Shown: in pieces, positions 38,333 to 48,139 of the stretch
Layout of the letters: every line of letters begins with the position of its first letter
Numbering within the stretch: position 1 is the stretch's first letter
Made by a program: the position numbers and the translations under genes
Notes under the pieces: model-generated
Databases searched by the model: none
What the model saw: only the letters and a program-made list of their open reading frames with translations
Told to the model about the DNA's origin: nothing
Assembly: GCA_033763455.1 (NCBI GenBank)
Contig: JANRKO010000062.1
Span: 64,001-128,000, forward strand
Direction of reading: 5' to 3'
Length of the DNA stretch: 64,000 bases
DNA from: Polyangiaceae bacterium
Lineage (GTDB): Bacteria > Myxococcota_A > Polyangia > Polyangiales > Polyangiaceae

Positions 38333-40683
38333 ATAAGCTTCGGTTCCTCAGTGTGCTTTTTTTGCTCTTGGCGAGCGTCTATGCCCTCCGCTTCCTCAAG
38401 CTCACGACAGATCTAGAATATTTTCTGCCTGAAGGGTCCGGTGAGAGCCAGATCGATAGTGAGGTGCTGCACGCACTGTCACAGTCCGAGTTATCTCGAC
38501 GGATTGTGTTGATGGTCTCAGCGGTGGAGCAGCGTCGCGCAATAGCTGTCGCCAAGGATCTGAAATCCGAGCTCGCGAGCTTGCCTGTGCGGCTCTCATC
38601 CGGGGCGGAGGTGGCTGAACCTTTGGTGGCGGCGCTGGTGCATCACCGCTACCAATTCATTTCGAATAATCCCGAAACGGAACTGCCTCGGCTCTTTTCC
38701 GCCCAAGGTCTCAGCAGAGCGGTCGGAGAGCTCAAGGCGGCCCTGGCTTCCCCCGCGGCTCCCCTGGTGCGAGCCGGCGCAGTGCAAGATCCCCTCTTGC
38801 TCTCACGCCGCGCCCTGGAGCGATTTGCCAACCTGAATACGTCCCAACTTCAGCTGGTGGACGGAGTGCTCGTAACAGCCGATGGCACCCAAGCTGTGTT
38901 GTTTGCGACAAGTGATGCTCAAGCCTTTGATGGTCACGCGCAAACCGAGCTTTGGTCTGGCCTTGAGGCGGCTTTCGCTAAGGTTCGACGCCGAGCTTCG
39001 GGTCCGGTGATGATCGAGGCTTCAGCGCTCTCCCGCTTTGCGGTGGCCGCTGAAAAAAGCATGCGAGCAGACGTAACTCGAGTGGGAAGCATCTCTTCGA
39101 TTGCCATTCTGTTGCTCCTCTGGCTGGTGTTTGTGCGGTTGCGGTATCTGCCGATCCTTATGTTGCCTCTTGGCGTGGGGTTTCTCGTTGGTACCTGCGC
39201 TTGCCAATTGGCATTCGGCCATATTCACGCCATGACGTTCGCGTTTGGTTCATCGCTCATTGGCGTCTGCATTGATTACCCTATTCACCTGGTGAATCAC
39301 CTGGTGCTCCGCGACGGTGCGAAAGGCGAGGGGTCCCAATCCGTGCTGGTGGCGTTGCTGTTGGGTTGCGTCACCACTGTGTTCGGGCTCGGAGCTATGG
39401 GCTGGGGAGGGTTGCCCGGGTTGCGAGAAATTGCGGTTTTTGGGGCCTCCGGGGTCTTTGCCGCATTTCTGGCTACCGTGCTCTGGTTGCCCTTGGCGGT
39501 AAACGACAAGGATGAAGCTCCCCCGCGGCACCGCAAGTTGGCGGCTGTATTCGGGCAAGGCTTGGAGGTCCTGCTCCGTCGGAGGGTGCCTGCCTACGTG
39601 TGCCTCGCGTTGGCCGCAGGCCTATGCCTCGTTGGTCTGCCATACGTGCGGTGGGAAGATGATCCAAGCAAGCTTTCCGTGCTCGATCCTTATATCGAGG
39701 CCGAAGATGCGCGAGTGCGCCGGGCCGCCCTAGGCCAAGAGGGATCAGAGTTTATCGTACTCATTTCACACGCCTCCGAGCAGGGGAGCCTTGTAGCGAA
39801 TGATGCGCTTGCCGCGAAGTTGGACCGGCTCGTTTCGGTGGGGGCGTTGCGCGGATACAACTCCTTGCACAACGTTATCTGGTCTGAAGAGTTGCAAACA
39901 CGAAACCTAACAAGCGTGAAAGAGTATCTCACGCTCGAACGGCTGCGTGCCGCGTTGGAACACGAGGGCTTTGCAAGCGAGGCTTTTGAGCCTTTTGGTG
40001 AAAATAATGTTGATTTGGCGCTGCCCCCGCTGCGTTTGGCGGACCTCAGCAAAGACGCCCATTCCGCGTTGGTGGCTCCGTGGTTCATCTCGCTTTCGGG
40101 GGGGCGGCGAGGTTTGCTCACTCGGCTATCGGGAGTAAAAGACGAGGCGGCGTTGAAGGCGCTGGTGGCGGGCATGCCCGGCGCCCGCTACGTGAACGTG
40201 GCTGAGTTTCGAGCTAACGCCTACTCTCTTTTTCGGAGCCGGATGCTGCTCCTGTTGGCGGTAGGCATGGTGGCGGTGGGCGCACTGCTCGCGGCTCACT
40301 ATCGCCGTTGGCGCTTGGTGGTGTGCTCGTTCGTGCCTGCCGTGCTCGCAGCGTTATCGACAGTGGGCCTTTTGGCGTTGTCCGGGCAGCCCCTGAATCT
40401 CATGCACGTGTTGGGTCTGTTGTTGGTTTTGGGCATGGGGGTAGATTACGGGATTTTCTTGGTGGAGAGCTTGAAGGGCCGTGCGTGGCTGGGCGGGCCC
40501 GCGTTGAGCATCAGCATGGCCTGTGCTTCCACGGTGCTGTCATTCGGCCTTTTGGCTCTGTCTGCTTCGCCAGCACTGAGCGCTGTAGGTCAGATGATTG
40601 GCTGGGGTGTGGTGTTATCGATGGTATTCGCGGTGGCCTCGGCCGCGGTATTTTTTCGCCACCCAGAAGGTACACCAACATGA
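38329..40683 (+). CDS. MMPL/RND-family exporter (ApeM-like)
   Basis: Two TM bundles with IGVCIDYPIH and LGMGVDYGIF. Confidence 0.88.
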   Translation: MNKLRFLSVLFLLLASVYALRFLKLTTDLEYFLPEGSGESQIDSEVLHALSQSELSRRIVLMVSAVEQRRAIAVAKDLKSELASLPVRLSSGAEVAEPLVAALVHHRYQFISNNPETELPRLFSAQGLSRAVGELKAALASPAAPLVRAGAVQDPLLLSRRALERFANLNTSQLQLVDGVLVTADGTQAVLFATSDAQAFDGHAQTELWSGLEAAFAKVRRRASGPVMIEASALSRFAVAAEKSMRADVTRVGSISSIAILLLLWLVFVRLRYLPILMLPLGVGFLVGTCACQLAFGHIHAMTFAFGSSLIGVCIDYPIHLVNHLVLRDGAKGEGSQSVLVALLLGCVTTVFGLGAMGWGGLPGLREIAVFGASGVFAAFLATVLWLPLAVNDKDEAPPRHRKLAAVFGQGLEVLLRRRVPAYVCLALAAGLCLVGLPYVRWEDDPSKLSVLDPYIEAEDARVRRAALGQEGSEFIVLISHASEQGSLVANDALAAKLDRLVSVGALRGYNSLHNVIWSEELQTRNLTSVKEYLTLERLRAALEHEGFASEAFEPFGENNVDLALPPLRLADLSKDAHSALVAPWFISLSGGRRGLLTRLSGVKDEAALKALVAGMPGARYVNVAEFRANAYSLFRSRMLLLLAVGMVAVGALLAAHYRRWRLVVCSFVPAVLAALSTVGLLALSGQPLNLMHVLGLLLVLGMGVDYGIFLVESLKGRAWLGGPALSISMACASTVLSFGLLALSASPALSAVGQMIGWGVVLSMVFAVASAAVFFRHPEGTPT

Positions 40684-41312
40684 GGCCCTCGTGGTTGCTG
40701 GCTTTATCTCTGCTATGCGCCTGCGGGCCTGCGCCTCGCGCCACAAGGCCTGCGTTATCACCCGCAAGCTTTGCAGATCTGGCACAGGTGGATTGGGATT
40801 TTTCCTGGCGGCAGAGCATTGTCGCAACGTACGTGCGCCCGGATCACGGCGGCCGAACTGAGTCCGCTTCCTTCGAGGCGGTGTTGCAGAAGGAGGGAAG
40901 TATTCTAACCCTGGTGGGGTTAACGCCGTTTGGTTCCCGCGCGTTCGTTATTCGCCAGGTGGGGGTCGCCGTGAGTGTGATTGAAGGAAGGCGCGCCGAT
41001 CTCCCGTTTGAAGCGAGCTACATTCTGTTGGATGTAAATCGCTGCTTCTTCTTGGGGCTAACCTCTAAAACGTTAGCTGATGGGTGGACCCAGCAAGAAG
41101 TGAACGGGGAGGTAATTCGAGACTTTTGGCAAGGCGGCCAGTTGAAAGAGCGGATTTTTTTAACCAAAGGTGAGCCCACGGGGTCTCGAGTTTTGATTCG
41201 CTATACGCCGGGGTTTACTCGTTCCACGGCGCCCAAGAGTTTAGAGCTCGTGAACGAACGTTTTCGCTACCGTCTGAACATCACTCTGCTGGAAGCTGAA
41301 CCGCCCCTCTAG
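40680..41312 (+). CDS. DUF3261 lipoprotein (ApeN-like)
   Basis: Lipobox LCAC; LTLVGLTPFGSRAF and YRLNI; ATGA overlap. Confidence 0.75.
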   Translation: MRPSWLLALSLLCACGPAPRATRPALSPASFADLAQVDWDFSWRQSIVATYVRPDHGGRTESASFEAVLQKEGSILTLVGLTPFGSRAFVIRQVGVAVSVIEGRRADLPFEASYILLDVNRCFFLGLTSKTLADGWTQQEVNGEVIRDFWQGGQLKERIFLTKGEPTGSRVLIRYTPGFTRSTAPKSLELVNERFRYRLNITLLEAEPPL

Positions 41313-42532
41313 ATCCTTTGGAAAATGAGGGAGGTGTTGATCCCGCCGAACGCGAAGTTGTTGCTCATGACGACCTTAACGGGCTGTTGGCGGGGTGCCG
41401 CCTTGATATAGTTGAGCTTGGCGCAGAGCGGGTCTGTTTCCACTAAGTTGCGCGTTTCGGGGACAAAAGCGTTTTGGATCGCCGAAATGCTGAAAATTGC
41501 CTCGATGGCGCCACAGGCTCCTAGCGTGTGCCCCGTGTGCCCCTTGGTGGAGCTGAACGCGACCTTTTCGCCAAGTATGCTCTGCGCCGCTAGGCTTTCG
41601 GCGCGGTCCCCAGCCTCAGTGCCGGTGCCGTGGGCGTTGACGTAGTCCAACTGTGAGGCATTCATGCCAGCGCTTTCCAAGGCCAGGCGGATAACCCCGG
41701 CCATGCCCTCAGCAGAAGGCGCCGTAACGTGCGTACCGTCACAATTGGTGCCGTAGCCCATGAGCTCGGCGTGAATGTGCGCACCCCGCCGGCGAGCGTG
41801 TTCGTACTCTTCAAGCACCAGCGTGCCTGCTCCTTCACCCACCACCAGCCCGTCGCGCTGGCTGTCAAATGGGCGAGGGCTGAGGTCGGGGCGGGTGTTG
41901 AACTTGGTGGAGGTCGCGAACAAGATGTCGAAGATCCCGGCGTGAACGAAGTGCATCTCTTCTGCGCCGCCACACAACATCGCATCTTGCCAGCCCGCGC
42001 GAATCGCCTCAAAGGCGTATCCGATGCCCATGCTTGCGCTCGCGCACGCGGCCACCGTGGGCTGCACTCGCCCCCGAATGCCGTAATGTTGTGCCAGGTT
42101 TGCCGCGCAGGTGTGCCCCATGAACTTCAGGTAAGAAGTGGCTGGAATGCCGCGGAAGCCCTCGTTGGCAAAGAGCGTACGCGTGAATGTTTCCAATTCC
42201 GCAGAGGACCCGTGAGTTGAGCCATAGGCCAAGCCTAAGCGCCCACTAGCTAATGAATCCGCAGGTAACCCGCTGTCAGCGAGCGCGCTGTCCGTGGCCG
42301 CGAGCGCCAATACGCCCACCCGCCCCATGGTGCGAGCGATCTTGCGCCCATAATCCAGCGGAGCGCCGACTACGGGTGCCCCAAGACGCGTGTTTAGGCT
42401 ACCGATACTCTCCCACTCCGGCATGGTCCGGATGCCGTGCTGGGAGCCAAGGAGAGCTTCGGTGACCGCTGGGAGACTGTGCCCAATGGGCGAAACGAGG
42501 CCAACGCCGGTTACTACCACTCTGCGGTTCAT
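41309..42532 (-). CDS. Beta-ketoacyl-ACP synthase (ApeR-like)
   Basis: Cys-His-His: AACAS, NAHGTGT and TGHTLGA; NNFAFGGIN. Confidence 0.93.
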   Translation of the reverse strand: MNRRVVVTGVGLVSPIGHSLPAVTEALLGSQHGIRTMPEWESIGSLNTRLGAPVVGAPLDYGRKIARTMGRVGVLALAATDSALADSGLPADSLASGRLGLAYGSTHGSSAELETFTRTLFANEGFRGIPATSYLKFMGHTCAANLAQHYGIRGRVQPTVAACASASMGIGYAFEAIRAGWQDAMLCGGAEEMHFVHAGIFDILFATSTKFNTRPDLSPRPFDSQRDGLVVGEGAGTLVLEEYEHARRRGAHIHAELMGYGTNCDGTHVTAPSAEGMAGVIRLALESAGMNASQLDYVNAHGTGTEAGDRAESLAAQSILGEKVAFSSTKGHTGHTLGACGAIEAIFSISAIQNAFVPETRNLVETDPLCAKLNYIKAAPRQQPVKVVMSNNFAFGGINTSLIFQRI

Positions 42533-43254
42533 GCCAAGCCACCATTGATCGAGATGACCTGTCCGGTAATATAAGCAGCATCATCGCTTACGAGGAAGCG
42601 CACGAGCTTGGCAACTTCAACGGCACGACCCACGCGGCGCAGGGGGATCTGCTTGGTGATTTCCTCCACGGGGGTGTCCACGAGCATATCCGTATCAATC
42701 AAGCCGGGAGCCACCGCATTGACCGTTATTTGGCGTTTACCAAGCTCCTTGGATAGTGATTTTACAGCGCCAATCAGGCCTGCTTTGGCTGCCGCGTAGT
42801 TCACCTGGCCGCGGTTTCCGATGATCCCGGAGATAGAAGAGATGCTAACAATGCGGCCCCACCGACGCCGCACCATCGGCATCACGAGTGGTTGGGTAAC
42901 GTTGAAAAAACCATCCAGGCTCGTGCGGAGCACGGAACTCCAGTCGTCCTGTGTGAGTACTGGGAATGACGCATCTCGGGTAATTCCCGCATTGTTGATC
43001 ACAACGCCGATTTCGCGGCCTTCTGTCAGCCATATATCAATGGCGGCACGGGTGGCTTCGGCGTCAGCTACGTCAAAACAGGCGAGCTCAGCTTCACCGC
43101 CGGCTGCAACAATCTCGCTCTGAACCAACAACGCCGCGGCCTCGTTACTCCGGAAATTGAGCAAGACGGGGTGGCCGGCTGCCGCCAACTCACGTGCAAC
43201 CGCGGCACCAATGCCTCGGCTCGCGCCAGTGACCAAGGCCCAGGGGCGGATCAT
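42529..43254 (-). CDS. fabG: 3-oxoacyl-ACP reductase (FabG/ApeQ-like)
   Basis: TGASRGIG, NNAG, YAAAK and GQVISINGG. Confidence 0.9.
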   Translation of the reverse strand: MIRPWALVTGASRGIGAAVARELAAAGHPVLLNFRSNEAAALLVQSEIVAAGGEAELACFDVADAEATRAAIDIWLTEGREIGVVINNAGITRDASFPVLTQDDWSSVLRTSLDGFFNVTQPLVMPMVRRRWGRIVSISSISGIIGNRGQVNYAAAKAGLIGAVKSLSKELGKRQITVNAVAPGLIDTDMLVDTPVEEITKQIPLRRVGRAVEVAKLVRFLVSDDAAYITGQVISINGGLA

Positions 43255-43727
43255 GCCTCACCTAGCGGGCGCTGATTCGGTGCGAACACGGTCAAGGTTG
43301 CCTTGGCAACCACGAGCTCGTTGTGCTCCACCTTGCCCAGAAACTGCGACCCCTCCGCTCCTCCCCAGACGTGGCTCACGGTTACTAGAAGCTCTTGCCC
43401 CACCTCAAAATGATCCACAAAAAGATCCAGTTGCCTCACTCCCACGAGGTATCCGATGCGCGGTCGGGGCAAGGCGCCCGCCCCTGCCGCTTCGAGCGAT
43501 GAAGTATTCGCCGTATCTCCCGGATGCAGCGTTGCGTGGGCCGCGACGCACTGGGCCATGTACTCAAGTGCAACAACAGCCGCGACACGTCCGTGCCGCA
43601 TGAACGGAGACGTTTCCGTGAGCCGCACGAACGAAGAGGTGCTCTGGGCGTCGTAACGGCAGAGTCTATCCAAGAGCCGCATAGGCGGTTGGTGGGGGAG
43701 CAGCGCGTCGATCAGGGGGAGGCTCAC
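43251..43727 (-). CDS. Hotdog-fold dehydratase (ApeP-like)
   Basis: LLPHQPPMRLLD, EYMAQ and GYLVGVR; GTG overlaps the upstream stop. Confidence 0.87.
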   Translation of the reverse strand: MSLPLIDALLPHQPPMRLLDRLCRYDAQSTSSFVRLTETSPFMRHGRVAAVVALEYMAQCVAAHATLHPGDTANTSSLEAAGAGALPRPRIGYLVGVRQLDLFVDHFEVGQELLVTVSHVWGGAEGSQFLGKVEHNELVVAKATLTVFAPNQRPLGEA

Positions 43728-44461
43728 TGGGGCACGAGACAGTACTCGGTTGGGCCCGCTTCGTTCAGCGAAAAAGCATCCCTTGGCGCACGCCCGAGCC
43801 ACCCCACCAGATCGCGTAGGGGTTCGCAGGGATTCGCATCGAGGGGTCTATGTTCGGAGAGCCCCATAGCGGCCCGCGGTGAGCGCTCCACCGTGAACCG
43901 AAGTGCTTCGGGGGGAGCACTCCTGGCGGGCGAAAATGCGAAAGCCGCCGCGAGGGGAGGGGAGCTCGGGCCAGAGTGAACCCTCGGCGGCGAGCCCTCA
44001 TCCCCCAGCACAAGCAGCAGTTCCGCGTCGTAACAAGCCATCCACGCGGCTGCCTCCACAAACCCCATCGCCACGGTTTCTCTGCCGGCGGCCAAAGATG
44101 TTGAGAATCTGGGATTGTGATTGGCAATCGAGAGCTGGCCAGCTGAGGCATTGTGCACGCTCGTTTGGAAACGTAGCGGTGAAACCTCGCTTTTAGGAGC
44201 CCCCAGCCCCTCCAGGAGCTGGATGAGCCGCTCCATCTCGCCAAAGGCTGAACCGTAAATAGTGGCGACCTCGCTCAAGGAGAAACGCGCAGAGCGTGCG
44301 GCTTTTTCGACAACCTCCGCGAACATCAACGTGAGCAGGCTTGCGCGGCCTCGTGCCCTCGCACCCAAGAGTGCCGCTCCTGGCCCGACACTCGCGTCGG
44401 CGCTCGGCTCCCAGAATCCAACGCCGACCAAACACAGAGCCTGGCCGATAACGTCAGCCAT
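43724..44461 (-). CDS. Beta-ketoacyl synthase chain-length factor (ApeC-like)
   Basis: Short KS-like protein with SPLRFQTSVHNA and no catalytic Cys-His-His. Confidence 0.85.
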   Translation of the reverse strand: MADVIGQALCLVGVGFWEPSADASVGPGAALLGARARGRASLLTLMFAEVVEKAARSARFSLSEVATIYGSAFGEMERLIQLLEGLGAPKSEVSPLRFQTSVHNASAGQLSIANHNPRFSTSLAAGRETVAMGFVEAAAWMACYDAELLLVLGDEGSPPRVHSGPSSPPLAAAFAFSPARSAPPEALRFTVERSPRAAMGLSEHRPLDANPCEPLRDLVGWLGRAPRDAFSLNEAGPTEYCLVPQ

Positions 44462-45647
44462 TTTGGACCCTCTCGAAAACCAGACTGATGTTGCTGCCGC
44501 CGAAGGCAAAGGAGTTACTCAGTGCATAGCGTGAAAGAAACGGCGTCGCGCCATGGCTCACGCGGATATTGAGCTCGCTTTGGCCCGGCATGCTACCGAG
44601 GCTAGCCGGCGTTGAGCCTTGCTCCAGCGCTGCAACGCAAAAAGCAGCCTCGGTGGCGCCAGCGGCTCCCAGTAGGTGCCCAGTGTAGCCTTTGGTGGAG
44701 GCAACCCATGGCTCTTTGCCGAACACACGTGCAATCGCGAGAGCCTCGGCCGCATCGTTCAAGGGTGTTCCGGTGCCGTGCGCGTTGATGTAACCAATCG
44801 CAGCCGGGGTGAGCCCAGCCTGTAGCAGGGCCGCCCGCATGGCTTGCTCAGCGCCTCGCCCTTCTGGTTCCGGGGCGGAGAGGTGAAAAGCGTCGCTCGT
44901 TTCGCCACTGCCCACTAGTGCAACGGCTGCGTCTCCGGTGCGCTCCAGCAACAACAAGGCACCACCTTCACCCAGGCTGGTGCCATCGCGGGTATCGGCA
45001 AATGGCCGGCAATTGGTTTCGGAAAGGATACCCAAGCCGTGAAACCCAAATAGCGTCAGTTCACTCAAAACATCTACTCCCCCAGTAAGCACTGCGTCTA
45101 CCACTCCTGCATGCAGGAGGCGTTGCGCGCTGGCCAACGCCTTGGCGCTGGAAGAACACGCTGTGGAGACCATCCAAGCGGGCCCTCTCAGACCCAAAGC
45201 CTCCTTTAGCAACTCCGCTGTTGCCGATAAGCTGTGAGTGTTGAGAAGAGAGTAGCCCCGCGGTAGCGGTTTTTCTGCCGAAGCAGAGCGGTAGGCTTGT
45301 TCCGTTTCCAAGAGCCCACCTGTGGAGGTTCCTAGCACCACCGCTACTCGATCGGCCCCCCAGCGTTGTGTGGCGCGGGCGATTCCGGGGCGGATAGATT
45401 CAGCTAACATCAGGGCGAGCCGGGCTATGCGTGATTCCCAGCGTTCCATGCCTTGAGGCAACGGCGGCAGCAGTTCTTGTAATTCACCTACGCGGGTTTC
45501 AAACGGAAGCGCGAACCGCGTGGGAGCGCCAAGACCGCTTTGACCGAGAGCAAGCTTCGACAGCACTTCTGTGCGCGTGGTGCCAAGGGCATTGCAAAGC
45601 GCGTAGTCGGTGCAAAACGCGGGCGCGATGGACCTTGCTAACGGCAT
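44454..45647 (-). CDS. Beta-ketoacyl-ACP synthase (ApeO-like)
   Basis: LGTSTGG, STACSSSAKA, NAHGTGT, TGHLLGA and NSFAFGGSN. Confidence 0.93.
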   Translation of the reverse strand: MPLARSIAPAFCTDYALCNALGTTRTEVLSKLALGQSGLGAPTRFALPFETRVGELQELLPPLPQGMERWESRIARLALMLAESIRPGIARATQRWGADRVAVVLGTSTGGLLETEQAYRSASAEKPLPRGYSLLNTHSLSATAELLKEALGLRGPAWMVSTACSSSAKALASAQRLLHAGVVDAVLTGGVDVLSELTLFGFHGLGILSETNCRPFADTRDGTSLGEGGALLLLERTGDAAVALVGSGETSDAFHLSAPEPEGRGAEQAMRAALLQAGLTPAAIGYINAHGTGTPLNDAAEALAIARVFGKEPWVASTKGYTGHLLGAAGATEAAFCVAALEQGSTPASLGSMPGQSELNIRVSHGATPFLSRYALSNSFAFGGSNISLVFERVQNG

Positions 45648-45672
45648 AGCGCCCGGAGGCGTACCACAAATG

Positions 45673-46704
45673 CTACCAGCCGACGCCGACCTCCAGGGCA
45701 AATTCAGTGGGGTAGTTCGCTTTGGGTTTAGGCCGACTCGGTGAGAGCCCTGTTACGGGATCGGGAAGCTCCGGGTAGTAGTAGTCTTGATCGTCCCGCC
45801 ATGCGAGCACGTTCTGGGCGAGTCGAAAATCGACATATAATCGGCTAGAAGACTGCCGGAAGAACATCAAGCCCGCCTGCCCGTAGAGAGCCAGCGCTAC
45901 GGGCCCGTCCATATGCGACCTCAACACGATTTGGGGCATCACCCCAGCGCCGACGTACGGTGAAACGTCGTTATTTCGAAGGTAGTAGCTCCCGCCCAGC
46001 TCGCTATACAGGCCGCCCACGCTGCCGGCGCTGCTGCCGGAGTCCGATGAGCCGCCGCCGCTCGGAAGTATGATACCGGCGCCGACTTCGAGAAAGTAGG
46101 TTTCCCCCTCAAGGCGCGCGTCGAAACCACCGCTCAAGGTGGGGTTGTAGTCTGGCGAAGAACCGAAGTTCTTAAGATATGTGTAACGCGTCTTTACGCC
46201 GATCACTTTTTCAACGAACAGGCGATTGCGCTTCTGGCCTTCGCGTTCTGTGATCGAATCCAGAGTACGGGTTGTCTCCGGGGATCGTTGTTGATAGACG
46301 GCGGTGCTGAGGCGTGTGGCGACGGGCTCGAGATCATCGAAGGATGCGGCGGTCATGCGGGCGTGGAAGATTTGCTTGCCGTCCCATGAAAAGCGCGTGG
46401 CGCTGATAATGATTCGACTCGACAAACGTGTGGCTTTTACCACTAGGTACTCGGCAGCCCGCTTGGACCGCGCCAAGTCTGAGTAGCTTTCAGGGGTACC
46501 ATCCGCCTTTGGCGCAGGCGTTGCGCGCAGCACCTGTTGATGGCTCGCCTCAGCGTACGCATCGGCAAACACAGCGCCGACGGCTTCGCCCTCTTCAGGA
46601 GTTATGTTGGCGCGCTCCACGGGCACTAACAGGACTTCCGCCTGCGCTGCTGGGGCTAACACGACTCCCAACACCACCAACCACCAACCTAACCAAGATT
46701 TCAT
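45673..46704 (-). CDS. Hypothetical secreted protein with probable C-terminal outer-membrane beta-barrel
   Basis: Signal peptide ending AQA; beta-strand pattern (SPYVGAG, LYGQAGLMF); terminal aromatic ALEVGVGW. Confidence 0.65.
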   Translation of the reverse strand: MKSWLGWWLVVLGVVLAPAAQAEVLLVPVERANITPEEGEAVGAVFADAYAEASHQQVLRATPAPKADGTPESYSDLARSKRAAEYLVVKATRLSSRIIISATRFSWDGKQIFHARMTAASFDDLEPVATRLSTAVYQQRSPETTRTLDSITEREGQKRNRLFVEKVIGVKTRYTYLKNFGSSPDYNPTLSGGFDARLEGETYFLEVGAGIILPSGGGSSDSGSSAGSVGGLYSELGGSYYLRNNDVSPYVGAGVMPQIVLRSHMDGPVALALYGQAGLMFFRQSSSRLYVDFRLAQNVLAWRDDQDYYYPELPDPVTGLSPSRPKPKANYPTEFALEVGVGW

Positions 46705-46749
46705 AAGCCGCTATCTCCCGCCTCTTTTGAGAGGCTTACAGCTTAGCGC

Positions 46750-46766
46750 AGCACATTCTGTGCCAG
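46750..46766 (-). promoter_or_regulatory. Putative sigma-54 promoter
   Basis: Minus strand CTGGCACAGAATGTGCT has exact GG-N10-GC spacing, about 46 bp before ATG 46704, with a GGGAGA RBS in between. Confidence 0.45.
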
Positions 46767-46909
46767 CTAGAGGCCTCCGTTTTCTCTGCAGATACACCGC
46801 GTTTTTGAGCCGCGCGCGCAGAGGCAAGGGTGGGCTCTCCGCGAGCAGGCACGACTCGAATGTCGTGGGAAGTAGCAAGTCGAACGGGTTTACAGGATGC
46901 AACGGCGGG

Positions 46910-47965
46910 TTATGGGGGCAAACAACCAACGCGCTGGTTGTTCAACACTATGTCATCCAGATAGAGATCGGTGGCGTGGTCGACTGAGCTGAAGAGATAG
47001 AGTCCGAAAGCAATTTCCTTAAAACCATCGGTCCAGTCGTTCTCTGTACGAGTTTTGGAGCCTCGGCTTACGCCGTCGACCCAAACCTCGATTTCGCCAG
47101 GACGATCGTTAAAGTGCCATTCGATACAGGACCATTGGTTCACTGGGTATTTCGCGGTTCCGACCCCGATATCTTCACCCTTGTTGGGGCTCCAGAACGT
47201 CAGCTGCCAGCCACCGTCGTAGTTTCCCAGTTCGAGGTGTGCGGTGCCGTCCATGATCCCCCCTGAAACGAAGACGGTGTGCGACGGCGGGCCAGCTGGC
47301 TCGAGGCGGAAGTACATGCGACCATAGGCCTCGCGATCCAGCGCTGGGTAGGTTTTGCTTTCACTGATGTAAGCATGGGCTTTACCCGGGTCCATATGAA
47401 AATGCGCCGCGTGCTGCCCATGAGCCACCTTGGAGCTTTGCAGTGCAACCGATCCATTGTTTGAATGTTGGGTCCACACCGTTGGGTCTAGTGTTCCGCT
47501 TTCAAAGTCTTCGCAGAGGATCGCCGAGCACGCTATCGAGCCTCCGTCCGTGCCACCAGTACTAGCGCCGCCGGTCATGTTGGACTGCCCGCCGGGTGGC
47601 TCGTTGTTAACTCCGCCTCCTGACGAGGGTGCGCCGCCGGCGCCGAAGCCCCCGCTCGAGCGCCCGCTCAGCCCAGCGTTGTTGACACCACCCGATGCAG
47701 CGCGGCCGCCGGTGCCACCCGAACCTAAAGAGCGGGCCGATGGCGCGCCACCGCTGTTCCCCGTAGCTGTAGCCATTCCCGCGGATGCCACGCGGACGAC
47801 CCGTGGCGTCCGTGAATTGGTGACGTCACTCGCCGAGCACGCTCCCGTGGCTCCCGAGCATGTACCAACAAGGAATAGCGACGTGAGGGCGCGAGGCACG
47901 TGCCTGGTGGCGCGTGCGATCCTTGGGATCGCATGGGCGGAGCTCGCTGTGTTGATGGTTACCAT
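46910..47965 (-). CDS. Secreted Gly/Ser-rich-linker protein with a Cip1/polysaccharide-lyase-like jelly-roll domain
   Basis: Long G/S linker, then ILCEDFESG...YGRMYF...WSCIEWHF...IEVWVDG...LYLDDIVL...RVGC; start uncertain. Confidence 0.6.
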   Translation of the reverse strand: MVTINTASSAHAIPRIARATRHVPRALTSLFLVGTCSGATGACSASDVTNSRTPRVVRVASAGMATATGNSGGAPSARSLGSGGTGGRAASGGVNNAGLSGRSSGGFGAGGAPSSGGGVNNEPPGGQSNMTGGASTGGTDGGSIACSAILCEDFESGTLDPTVWTQHSNNGSVALQSSKVAHGQHAAHFHMDPGKAHAYISESKTYPALDREAYGRMYFRLEPAGPPSHTVFVSGGIMDGTAHLELGNYDGGWQLTFWSPNKGEDIGVGTAKYPVNQWSCIEWHFNDRPGEIEVWVDGVSRGSKTRTENDWTDGFKEIAFGLYLFSSVDHATDLYLDDIVLNNQRVGCLPP

Positions 47966-48139
47966 GGGTGGCTGGTGGCGCGAGTAGTACACAGGGGGTC
48001 AACGAAGGCCGCGGCCATCAGCTTGTCAGCTGTAGCGTATACAGATTAACCTCATGATAAGCGGGAAGCTTCCCGGATCTCTCTTCCAGGGTGAGGCGCA
48101 GGGTCAAAAAAACGCGAGAACGCCTGTTCCGGAACAAAA

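Larger units (their letters stand above)
29355..45647. other. Aryl polyene (APE)-type type II PKS biosynthetic gene cluster
   Basis: Two ACPs, AMP ligase, two KS, CLF, KR, two DH, GT2, two acyltransferases, LolA, MMPL, DUF3261, ammonia-lyase and FAD enzyme match the ApeC-R inventory. Confidence 0.9.

Noticed and set aside
48030..48044. CTGTAGCGTATACAG as a LexA box
   Set aside because: Spacing is CTGT-N7-ACAG rather than N8, and the flanking genes are not SOS genes; it may be another operator but I cannot support that.
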